From NCBI GenBank assembly GCA_035063585.1, contig JAPSGB010000062.1, forward strand, positions 1 to 20,441: a stretch of 20,441 nucleotides of DNA. The letters run 5' to 3'. The position numbers and the translations under genes are program-made. This DNA comes from Polyangiaceae bacterium. GTDB lineage: Bacteria > Myxococcota_A > Polyangia > Polyangiales > Polyangiaceae. Positions 1 to 7,664 of the stretch are shown piece after piece; the stretch's first letter is position 1; the number at the start of each line of letters is the position of its first letter. The notes beneath the pieces were generated by a model, which searched no databases, was not told where the DNA came from, and was given only the letters and a program-made list of their open reading frames with translations.

Positions 1-120
1 CCGGCACCGGCGGAGCGTCCGGCACCGGCGGAGCGTCCGGCACCGGCGGAGCGTCCGGCACCGGCGGAGCGTCCGGCACCGGCGGAGCGTCCGGCACCGG
101 CGGAGCGTCCGGCACCGGCG
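1..120 (+). repeat. Perfect 18-bp coding tandem repeat (ccggcaccggcggagcgt), 6 full units plus a 12-nt partial unit, encoding GTGGAS
   Basis: Identical units at 1, 19, 37, 55, 73 and 91, partial unit at 109-120; the array may continue left of the window. Confidence 0.95.
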
Positions 121-1091
121 GCGGCACCGGCAATGAGAACTGCAACAACGGCAAGGACGACGACGACGACGGGCTCGCTGACTGCGCCGATCCGAAGTGC
201 GCGGGCGTCGGCTACATCTGCCAGACGATCCCGGCCGGGTGGGAAGGTCCGCTCGCGCTCTATTCGGGCGACTACACCGCGGATCCGCCCGCGTGCGAGG
301 TCGGAGGGGACCGCTACCCCTCGCCGTACCTCACCGCGTACGCCGACCCGGCGCCGGCGAAGTGCGGCTGCTCGTGCGGCGCCGCGACGGGGGTGACCTG
401 CGGCGGGCCGACGGCGACGCTCTACTCTGCGGCGGCGTGTGGCGGGGGGCCAGCCGCTGGCCTCGACTTCTCGTCGTTCAGTTCCGGGAACTGCGTTCAG
501 TTCAGTCAGCCGGCTGACGCCGGCACCTTCACCAGCCAGAGCGTCAGCGTCTCGAGCACGCCGAAAGCGACCGGCGGCTCGTGCGCGCCGTCGGCCGTCA
601 ACGTGGACAAGTCCCAGGCGTGGAACCAGAAGGCACGCGCGTGCGCCGGGCCCGGGGGGACGGCGAGCTGGCAGGCCGTCGGCTGCAGCGGCAGTCAGAC
701 CTGCGTGCCGCCCGCGCCGTCCGGCTTCAACAAGGGCACCTGCATCTACAAGGCCGGGGACGTCGCTTGCCCGTCGCCGAGCGTGTTCTCGAACCGGATG
801 GTGTTCTACGACAGCTCTCCGGCAAGCGATGATCGCGGCTGCTCCGCCTGCGCGTGCGACGCACCGAGCGGCGACTGCACCGGTAAGGTCGAGCTCTGGA
901 CGTCCGGGGGCTGCACCGGCGCGCCGCTGGCGAGCGCGCCCTACGACGGGGCTTGCCAGGTGTTCGCCTCCACCAATGACGTCTTCGCGCGCTACGTGAC
1001 GGGCTCGGCCACCTGCGCCGTCTCCGCCGGCGGTGGTCAGCCCACCGGCACCGTCACCGGCGCGAACCCGACCACGTTCTGCTGTTTGTGA
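3..1091 (+). CDS. Cys-rich secreted/surface protein, 5'-truncated by the window (Gly-rich linker, acidic Cys motif, Cys-rich C-terminal domain)
   Basis: Frame 3 is open from position 3 and joins ORF 393..1091: (GTGGAS)n-GTGGGTG-NENCNNGKDDDDDGLADCADPKC...GWEGP...CGCSC...DDRGCSACACDAPSGDC...TTFCCL*. This architecture is typical of myxobacterial Cys-rich exported proteins. Confidence 0.85.
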   Translation, partial: GTGGASGTGGASGTGGASGTGGASGTGGASGTGGASGTGGGTGNENCNNGKDDDDDGLADCADPKCAGVGYICQTIPAGWEGPLALYSGDYTADPPACEVGGDRYPSPYLTAYADPAPAKCGCSCGAATGVTCGGPTATLYSAAACGGGPAAGLDFSSFSSGNCVQFSQPADAGTFTSQSVSVSSTPKATGGSCAPSAVNVDKSQAWNQKARACAGPGGTASWQAVGCSGSQTCVPPAPSGFNKGTCIYKAGDVACPSPSVFSNRMVFYDSSPASDDRGCSACACDAPSGDCTGKVELWTSGGCTGAPLASAPYDGACQVFASTNDVFARYVTGSATCAVSAGGGQPTGTVTGANPTTFCCL

Positions 1092-1095
1092 GCGC

Positions 1096-2721
1096 GTGTC
1101 GCTCTCGCGCCGCGACGCCCTGACGCTGCTCCTCGGCGCGCCGCTCGCGGCCGAGGCGTGCAAGCGGGCGCGCACGCGGAGCGTCCCGGGCGAGATCCGC
1201 GGCGCCGCGATGAGCGTCGGGCACCGGCTGCGCGACGCGGTCGTGGAACGCGCGACGGGTCCGGCGCGGAGGACGCGCACGCTCATCGTCGGCGCGGGGC
1301 CGAGCGGGCTCAGCGCCGGCTGGCGCCTCGAGCGGCTCGGAGAGCGCGAGTTTACCGTGCTCGACCTCGAGCCGCGCGCGGGCGGCACGAGCGCGTACGG
1401 CACGGACGGGGTCGTGCCGTACCCGTGGGGCGCGCACTACGTCCCGGCGCCGACCGCCGAGAACCGCGCGCTCGTCGCGCTCCTGCGCGAGCTCGACGCG
1501 TTCGAGTCGCCGTCTCGGCTGGAGCCGCGGGAGACCGCGCTCGTGCGCGCGCCCGAGGAGCGCCTCTTCATCGATGGCGAGTGGCACGAGGGGCTCTTCC
1601 CTTCGGCTGGCGCGAGCGACCAGGATCTCGCCGAGCTCGCGGCATTTCAGCGCGAGGTCGCGCGCTGGGTGGCGTTCCGCGACGCGCGGGGGCGCCGCGC
1701 GTTCACGCTGCCGGTGAGCCACTGCTCGGACGACGCGCGGGTGACCGCGCTCGACCGGCAGAGCGCGGCCGCCTGGTGCGCGGAGCGCGGCTATCGCTCC
1801 GAGCGCCTGCGCTGGTACCTCGAGTACGCCTGCCGTGACGACTACACGCTCACGCTCGAGACGACCAGCGCGTGGGCCCTCCTCTTCTACTTTTGCGCGC
1901 GCGTCCCCGAGCCGGGGCGCGAGTCGGAGCCGTTCCTCACCTGGCCCGAGGGAAACGGGCGGCTGGTGCGTCACCTCGCCGGCGTGCTCGGCGAGCGTGT
2001 GAAGCTCGGCTGGCTCGTCACCGACGTGGTCCCGGGAGCCGAGCAGGTCGAGGTCTCCGCGCTCGAGGTGAAGACCGGCGCGCTGCTCCGCTTCGAGGCC
2101 GAGCAGGTGATCCTCGCCGTCCCGCGCTTCCTCGCGGCGCGGCTGCTGCGCCCGTGGCGTGAGCACCCGCCCGCGCACCTCGCCGAGTTTCGCTACGGCG
2201 CCTGGATGGTCGCGAACTTGCACCTCTCGCGTCGTCCGAGGAGCCGCGGCTTCCCGTTCGCGTGGGACAACGTCATCTACGACAGCCCGGCGCTCGGCTA
2301 CGTGGTGGCGACCCACCAGACGCTCGCCGACTACGGGCCGACCGTCTGGACCTACTACCAGCCCTTCACCGATCCCGATCCCGCTGCCGCCCGCCGCCGG
2401 CTCGCCGCCATCGATCACGCCGGGTTCTGCGACTCGATCCTGAGCGATCTCGGCCGCGCCCACCACGGGCTCGCCGACGCCGTCGAGCGTCTCGATGTCT
2501 ACCGCTGGGGGCACGCGATGGTGAGCCCGCGCCCGGGCTTCATCTGGGGCACGGCGCGCCGCCGCGCGTCCGAGCCGCTCGGGCGCGTGCACTTCGCCCA
2601 CTCGGATCTCTCGGGCGTCGCGCTCTTCGAGGAGGCGCAAGACCACGGAGTCCGCGCCGCCGAGGCCATCCTGCGCGCGCGCGGTCGCGCGTTCGAGCCG
2701 CTCGTCGAACCGTTCGGGTGA
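1096..2721 (+). CDS. FAD-dependent oxidoreductase (flavin amine oxidase-like), probable Tat-exported lipoprotein
   Basis: GTG at 1096, 4 nt after the upstream stop, gives MSLSRRDALTLLLGAPLAAEAC (twin-Arg motif plus Cys). Rossmann motif IVGAGPSGL and LEPRAGG; family motifs WGAHY, RWGHAM, FAHSDLSGVALFEEA. Confidence 0.88.
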   Translation: MSLSRRDALTLLLGAPLAAEACKRARTRSVPGEIRGAAMSVGHRLRDAVVERATGPARRTRTLIVGAGPSGLSAGWRLERLGEREFTVLDLEPRAGGTSAYGTDGVVPYPWGAHYVPAPTAENRALVALLRELDAFESPSRLEPRETALVRAPEERLFIDGEWHEGLFPSAGASDQDLAELAAFQREVARWVAFRDARGRRAFTLPVSHCSDDARVTALDRQSAAAWCAERGYRSERLRWYLEYACRDDYTLTLETTSAWALLFYFCARVPEPGRESEPFLTWPEGNGRLVRHLAGVLGERVKLGWLVTDVVPGAEQVEVSALEVKTGALLRFEAEQVILAVPRFLAARLLRPWREHPPAHLAEFRYGAWMVANLHLSRRPRSRGFPFAWDNVIYDSPALGYVVATHQTLADYGPTVWTYYQPFTDPDPAAARRRLAAIDHAGFCDSILSDLGRAHHGLADAVERLDVYRWGHAMVSPRPGFIWGTARRRASEPLGRVHFAHSDLSGVALFEEAQDHGVRAAEAILRARGRAFEPLVEPFG

Positions 2722-2744
2722 GGCGTCGCCCCGACCGGCGCGCC

Positions 2745-2768
2745 GCGGCGCGCGACTGCGCGCGCCGC
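2745..2768. terminator. GC-rich hairpin between convergent genes (no U-tract)
   Basis: gcggcgcgcg-actg-cgcgcgccgc: perfect 10-bp stem with a 4-nt loop, between the stops at 2721 (+) and 2780 (-). Confidence 0.45.
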
Positions 2769-2779
2769 AGGCGCCCTGG

Positions 2780-3829
2780 TCAGGGGCAAGTCGGGATGCC
2801 CCCGTCCACGCCGCCTTCCGGATCCCCCCCCGACACGCACATTCCGGCCATCTTCGTGAAGCTCTCGAGCGCCGCTTCGGTGGCGTTCGCGGTGTCCCAT
2901 GGGTCGCAGACGAGGCCGTCGGCGCACTCGGAATCACAGTCGCAGAAGTTGCCGCAGAACCCGAGATCTCCGTTACCTTCCGATTGTCTCTGGACGAAGA
3001 TGCAGCCTGCCGTCTGTTTCGAGTTTGGGGTCGGGTCCGAGCCGCAGGCGCCAGGGCCCCCGAGCGTCCCGATCGTGCAGACGCCGGAGCAGATGCCCTT
3101 GTCTTCGTCGTCGCCGAAGCGGATGCAGGAGCCGGCGCAGGGATCCACCGCCTCCTGCGGGTTGCAGGCCGCGCCCATCGCCAAGCCAGCCGGCTTCGCC
3201 GCCGCGCAGTGGCCCGTGCCGCCATTGCAGAAGCTCCCGCTGCCGCAGTCTGTGTCAAAGTTGCAGGTGGGCGAGCAGAGGAAGACGTCCGGGGTGCCGG
3301 TGCCGGCCTCTGGGTTCGTGAAGTAGCCGCGGCAGGAGACCTCTTGACGCCCGAAGCATTTGTTCGGGTCGAGCGCCTGAGCGCCCGAGGCGGGGCCCCA
3401 CGCGCAGCCTTGGTAGCAGTACGCCGTCAGTCCGTCGGCGTTCCCGACGCAGCCCGCGCCGGGCGACAGCGCATCGCAGTCGGCGTTCGAGGTGCACGAG
3501 GCCGTGCAGTAGCCCTTCGGGGCTCCCTCGCCGTCGAGCGAACTCGCGTTCGCCGTGATGCACGTCAGCCCGGCGCCGCACTCGGCGTCGGTCGCGCACG
3601 CGCGACCGAGCCGGGAGGTGCTGGTGCCGCCGCCCGCGCCTGCCGTCGCGCCGGCGCCGCCCGCGCCTGCCGTCGCGCCGGCGCCGCTCGCGCCTGCCGT
3701 CGCGCCGGCGCCGCTCGCGCCTCCTCCGTCGACGGACGGACCGTAGGCGGTGGAAGAGCACGCGACGAGGGCCGCGAGCAAGGCGCTCGCCACCACGAAC
3801 GCGCCACCTGAGAAATCACTCGAGCTCAT
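2780..3829 (-). CDS. Cys-rich lipoprotein with a Gly/Ala linker and repeated CxxD/NxD/EC modules
   Basis: Hydrophobic signal with lipobox LVAC; modules CATDAEC, CTSNADC, CNFDTDC, CDCDSEC. ATG 3829 is preceded by GGGGTAG; alternative ATG at 3847. Confidence 0.85.
   Translation of the reverse strand: MSSSDFSGGAFVVASALLAALVACSSTAYGPSVDGGGASGAGATAGASGAGATAGAGGAGATAGAGGGTSTSRLGRACATDAECGAGLTCITANASSLDGEGAPKGYCTASCTSNADCDALSPGAGCVGNADGLTAYCYQGCAWGPASGAQALDPNKCFGRQEVSCRGYFTNPEAGTGTPDVFLCSPTCNFDTDCGSGSFCNGGTGHCAAAKPAGLAMGAACNPQEAVDPCAGSCIRFGDDEDKGICSGVCTIGTLGGPGACGSDPTPNSKQTAGCIFVQRQSEGNGDLGFCGNFCDCDSECADGLVCDPWDTANATEAALESFTKMAGMCVSGGDPEGGVDGGIPTCP
3635..3715 (-). repeat. 27-bp coding tandem repeat x3, encoding GA(S/G)GAGATA
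   Basis: Unit cgcgcctgccgtcgcgccggcgccgc(c/t) at 3635, 3662 and 3689 on the + strand. Confidence 0.9.
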
Positions 3830-3950
3830 CGCTACCCCACGATTCATCGCTGCGGGTGAGCGCGCTCACCCATGAAACCACCACCGAGCACGCGCATACT
3901 ACACGAGCCGTCGCTGGTCGAGCGGAGCGGGTGACGTTATCGTGGCGCTC

Positions 3951-5078
3951 GTGACCGAGGCCGGCTCCAACCCGCGCGTGGTCCTCGCGCCGTGGCTGTG
4001 GGGCGCGCGGGTGGATCTCGCCGTCTTCGGCGGGCCCGCGCTCGCCGCGTTCGCGGTCGTCGTCGCGGCGCGCGCGACGAGCCTCGAGGCGGGCGCGCTG
4101 CCCGAGTGGAGCTGGCTCGTGTTCGTGCTCGGCGTCGACGTCGCGCACGTGTGGTCGACGCTCTTTCGCACCTACCTCGACGGCGCCGAGGTCCGCCGAC
4201 GCCCCGTGCGCTATCTCGGCGTTCCGGTCGCGGTCTACGCGATGGGCGTCGCGCTCCACCTCATCGGTGGCTCGCTCGTGTTCTGGCGCGCGCTCGCCTA
4301 CCTCGCGGTCTTTCACTTCATCCGCCAGCAGGTAGGCTGGACGGCCGTGTATCGCGCGCGCGCGGGCGATCGCGGTCGGCTCGACAAGCTGCTCGACGAG
4401 GGCGTCGTCTATCTCGGCACGCTCTATCCGCTCGTCTACTGGCACGCAAACCTCGCCGATCGGCGCTTCTCGTGGTTCGTGGCCGGGGATTTCTTGGAGG
4501 TGAGCGCCTTCGCCGCGCGGGCGCTGCCGTTCGCGCGGGTGCTCTTCTTCGTCGCGCTCGCGCTCTTCGTCGCGCGGCAGGTGGAGCGGTGGGCGCGCAC
4601 GCGGACGGTCCACGCGGGAAAGCTCCTGGTGATCGCGACCACCGTCGCGGCCTGGTACGTCGGCATCGTCGCGACCAACAGCGATCTCGACTTCACCGTC
4701 ACCAACGTGCTCGTGCACGGCGTCCCGTACCTCGCGCTGGTCTGGGCGTACGCGCGCGAGCGGCGGCGCGACGCGCCGCGCGCGCTCGGTTCGCGCATCG
4801 CGGCCGGTGGCGCGGCCGCCTTCGTCTCGCTCGTGCTCGTTTTCGCCTGGGTCGAGGAGGCGGCCTGGGACAGACTCGTGTGGCACGACCGCGAGTGGCT
4901 CTTCGGTGAGGCGGTGGCGAGCCCGGGCGCGCTCGCGCTCGCGCTGGTCGTGCCGCTCCTCGCGCTGCCGCAGGCGACCCACTACGTGCTCGACGCGTTC
5001 ATTTGGCGTCGCGGCGACACCCGCGCGCTCGACGCGCAGCGCCGGGCCCTCGGGTTTCGCGCCGCCCCCGCCAGCTAG
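3951..5078 (+). CDS. Uncharacterised polytopic membrane protein with four His motifs
   Basis: Many hydrophobic helices; motifs DVAHVWSTLFRTY, FHFIRQQVG, VHGVPY, THYVLDAFIW. Start is GTG 3951 (TATCGT 7 nt upstream) or GTG 3942. Confidence 0.82.
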   Translation: MTEAGSNPRVVLAPWLWGARVDLAVFGGPALAAFAVVVAARATSLEAGALPEWSWLVFVLGVDVAHVWSTLFRTYLDGAEVRRRPVRYLGVPVAVYAMGVALHLIGGSLVFWRALAYLAVFHFIRQQVGWTAVYRARAGDRGRLDKLLDEGVVYLGTLYPLVYWHANLADRRFSWFVAGDFLEVSAFAARALPFARVLFFVALALFVARQVERWARTRTVHAGKLLVIATTVAAWYVGIVATNSDLDFTVTNVLVHGVPYLALVWAYARERRRDAPRALGSRIAAGGAAAFVSLVLVFAWVEEAAWDRLVWHDREWLFGEAVASPGALALALVVPLLALPQATHYVLDAFIWRRGDTRALDAQRRALGFRAAPAS

Positions 5079-5095
5079 CGCCTCGGGCGAGCGGA

Positions 5096-5145
5096 GGTCG
5101 GCGCGGCGCGGAATCGGCGCGGCGCAGCCGCGCACCACGCGCGCC
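5096..5145 (+). repeat. Degenerate direct repeat of 10270-10320
   Basis: Manual alignment gives 41 identities in 51 columns; core ggtcggc[g/t]cggcgcggaatc matches 19/20. Confidence 0.55.
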
Positions 5146-6174
5146 TCACGGGAGCCGCTCGAGCAACTTCAAGATCCCGAGCTTGACCGGTGAGCGGTGG
5201 TGCGAGGCGTTGCGACGCGCGAGCACCTGGTCGCGGTGCGCGACGTACCAGTCATATGACTCGGCCATCATCTCGTCGTTCGAGTAGCGGGGCGCCCAGC
5301 CGAGCTTCTCGCGCGTGGCGGTGAGGTCGAAGAACATCTCCCGGCCGTACATGAGCGAATGGTAGTCGCCGAGCGGCGAGAGGCCGAGCTTGCTCGTCAC
5401 CTGCATCGCGAGCTGGGTCGGCCGAAACGGCAGCGCGCGGAGCCGGCTCCGTGAGCCCGCGTGGCGGAGGAGCCCCTCGAGCAGCTCGCGCATGGTGCCG
5501 TATCGGTCGGTGCCCGCGAGGTAGGACTCCGCGCCGGGTCGCCGGTCCGCCCGGAGGCAGGCGTCGGCGAGGTCGTCGGCGTGCACGAATTGATAGCGGT
5601 TGTGTCCGGGTCCGAGGAGGTAGATGGGGCGATGGGTCCGTACCCACTCGAACAGGATGGCGAAGATGCCGAGGCGACCGTGCCCGAGGATGGTGCGGGG
5701 GCGGACGATGCTCACGTCGAGGCCGCGCTCGATGAAGCGCTCGGCCTCGCGCTCGCCCTCGAGCTTGGCGCGGCCGTAGGCCTCGCGCGGGCGCGGTGGG
5801 GTGCGCTCGTCCACCGGGTTTCGCTCCGGAACGCCGTAGATCGCGCTCGACGACACCAGGATGACCTTGGAGACGCCCGCGTCGAGGGCGGCCTCGAGCA
5901 CGTTTCTGGTCCCGAGCACGTTCACCGACCAGAACTTCGCGCGGTCCTTCGCGAGCGGCACCTGCGCGACATCGTGATGCACCACGCGCACGCCGCGCAT
6001 CGCGCGTTTCACGAGGGCGAGGTCGCGGACGTCGCCCCGGACCAGCTCGACGTCCTCCGGGCGATCTTCGTTTCCTACCAGATCGAGCACACGCACGCGG
6101 TCACCGCGCTCGCGGAGCTTCTCTACGATGACCTCACCGAAATAGCCGCTGCCTCCGGTAACGAGCGTCGTCAT
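5146..6174 (-). CDS. NAD(P)-dependent epimerase/dehydratase family protein (extended SDR, 3-beta-HSD-like)
   Basis: TGGSGYFG nucleotide-binding motif, VSSSAIYG, catalytic YGRAK, VRPRTILG, FVHADDLA. ATGA overlap with the GMC stop. Confidence 0.92.
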   Translation of the reverse strand: MTTLVTGGSGYFGEVIVEKLRERGDRVRVLDLVGNEDRPEDVELVRGDVRDLALVKRAMRGVRVVHHDVAQVPLAKDRAKFWSVNVLGTRNVLEAALDAGVSKVILVSSSAIYGVPERNPVDERTPPRPREAYGRAKLEGEREAERFIERGLDVSIVRPRTILGHGRLGIFAILFEWVRTHRPIYLLGPGHNRYQFVHADDLADACLRADRRPGAESYLAGTDRYGTMRELLEGLLRHAGSRSRLRALPFRPTQLAMQVTSKLGLSPLGDYHSLMYGREMFFDLTATREKLGWAPRYSNDEMMAESYDWYVAHRDQVLARRNASHHRSPVKLGILKLLERLP

Positions 6175-7664
6175 GGTCGCACCTCTTCGGGTCGTCGCCC
6201 CGCGCCGCGACGGTCCAGGAACTCGAGCACGTTGCGCCGCGCGAACGCCATGATGCTGCCCTGCGGGTTCACGCCGGGGGAGTCGGGGAGCATGCTCGCG
6301 TCGTTGACGTAGAGGTTCTCGAACTCGTGGAGCCGTCCGAACGAGTCGGCGGCGGTGAGCGCGCGCGCCTCGCCGATGGGGCAGCTCGAGAAGGCGTGGA
6401 CGGTCACCAGGCTGAGCGCGCTGGCCGGCAGCGCCTCGTCGAGCCAGCGCGCGGCGTCCACCTCGCGCGTGAGGGGGGGGAGCCCGTACACGGTCGGGAT
6501 GACCTCGCGCGCGCCACCGGCGAGGAGCGCCTCGGCGAGGCGCGCGAGCCCGATCGACAGGTACTTCACGTCTTCGTCCGACACGTCGTAGCGGATGACC
6601 GTCCCGTCGCGGCCGACGAGGCTCGGCCGGACCGAGCCGGTCCCGGTCCCGCGGACGCCGACGTAGTAGAGCGCCATGCGGCGCAGGTCACGCATCCGAG
6701 AGAGCCCCTCGCGACCGTTCTCGGAGAGGGTCATGGCGAGCTGTCCGGGGGTGAAGAAGCCGCCGCCGAGGGTCAGCTCGGGCGCGAACTCCTTCACCTG
6801 AACCAGCGGGAGCACGCTCAGATCGGCGTCGAGCTCCTCGTCGAAGCGCGCGGCGACCTTCAGGTACGGATGGATGCGGAGCGTGCTGCCGACATGGTAC
6901 TTGACCCCGCTCCGATAGAGGAGCGAGGGCGTCTCGGTCGGTCCGCCGCAGACGAACACGTGCTCGGCGTCGACGCGCGTGAGCCGCTCCGAGCCGTGGC
7001 TCCCGTCGAGCGCGACGATGAGCCCGGTCGCGCGCCCGCGCCGCACGAGCACCTGCTCCACGCGCGCGCCGGTGAGCACGCGCGCGCCGAGCCGCTCGGC
7101 CTCGGCGAGCACGCTCCGGCTCATGCCCTGCTTGGCACCGGTCGGACAGCCCTGGGCGCAGGCGTTGGTCCCTTGGCAGCCCGGCGCGGCGCGCGGGACT
7201 TCCTGGTAGGACCAGCCCATCTTCTCGATGCCGCGGGCGAACACGCGGGTGCTCATCGGCCACTCGCGACCCCAGGGCCCAACCCCGAGCATCCGCTCCG
7301 CCCAGGAGAAGTGCGGTTCGAGCGCTTCCTCGCTCGCGCCGAGGAGCTGATAGCGGGCGCTCCAGCGGGCGAGCACCTCGCGCGGAGTCCGGTGCCAAAA
7401 GCCGCTGTTGATCTCGGTGCTGCCTCCGAGGCAGCGTCCCTCGACGTAGCCGATGGGGACCCGGCCCGTGATCGGGGTCATCCCGGTCCGGCGGTACAGG
7501 CGCCGCATGGCCTCGGGCGGCGAGGCGCCGTAGTCCTCGAGCGAGTGCCGCTCTCCCTCCTCGATGACGAGCACGTCGACGCCGGCGCGCGCGAGCTCGA
7601 GCGCGGTGACCGCGCCGCCCGCGCCGGAGCCGATCACGACGACGTCCGCGGCAGAGCGCGTCAC
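6171..7664 (-). CDS. GMC-family FAD oxidoreductase
   Basis: VVVIGSGAGG, GRCLGGSTEINSG, Cys cluster CQGTNACAQGCPTGAKQ, catalytic-type VHAFSSC and PGVNPQ. GTG 7664 overlaps the upstream TGA (GTGA) and follows AAGGGAG. Confidence 0.92.
   Translation of the reverse strand: MTRSAADVVVIGSGAGGAVTALELARAGVDVLVIEEGERHSLEDYGASPPEAMRRLYRRTGMTPITGRVPIGYVEGRCLGGSTEINSGFWHRTPREVLARWSARYQLLGASEEALEPHFSWAERMLGVGPWGREWPMSTRVFARGIEKMGWSYQEVPRAAPGCQGTNACAQGCPTGAKQGMSRSVLAEAERLGARVLTGARVEQVLVRRGRATGLIVALDGSHGSERLTRVDAEHVFVCGGPTETPSLLYRSGVKYHVGSTLRIHPYLKVAARFDEELDADLSVLPLVQVKEFAPELTLGGGFFTPGQLAMTLSENGREGLSRMRDLRRMALYYVGVRGTGTGSVRPSLVGRDGTVIRYDVSDEDVKYLSIGLARLAEALLAGGAREVIPTVYGLPPLTREVDAARWLDEALPASALSLVTVHAFSSCPIGEARALTAADSFGRLHEFENLYVNDASMLPDSPGVNPQGSIMAFARRNVLEFLDRRGAGRRPEEVRP

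Noticed and set aside
1..120. 18-bp repeats as a CRISPR array
   Set aside because: No spacers; the unit is a multiple of 3 and encodes an in-frame GTGGAS linker; no cas genes.
1054..3258. Long antisense or alternative-frame ORFs (734 aa here; also 3816..5138, 6327..8189, 10814..12631, 11374..12819, 15216..16361, 16358..17401)
   Set aside because: Arg/Ala/Pro-rich shadow frames expected in very GC-rich DNA; each overlaps a gene with clear family motifs.
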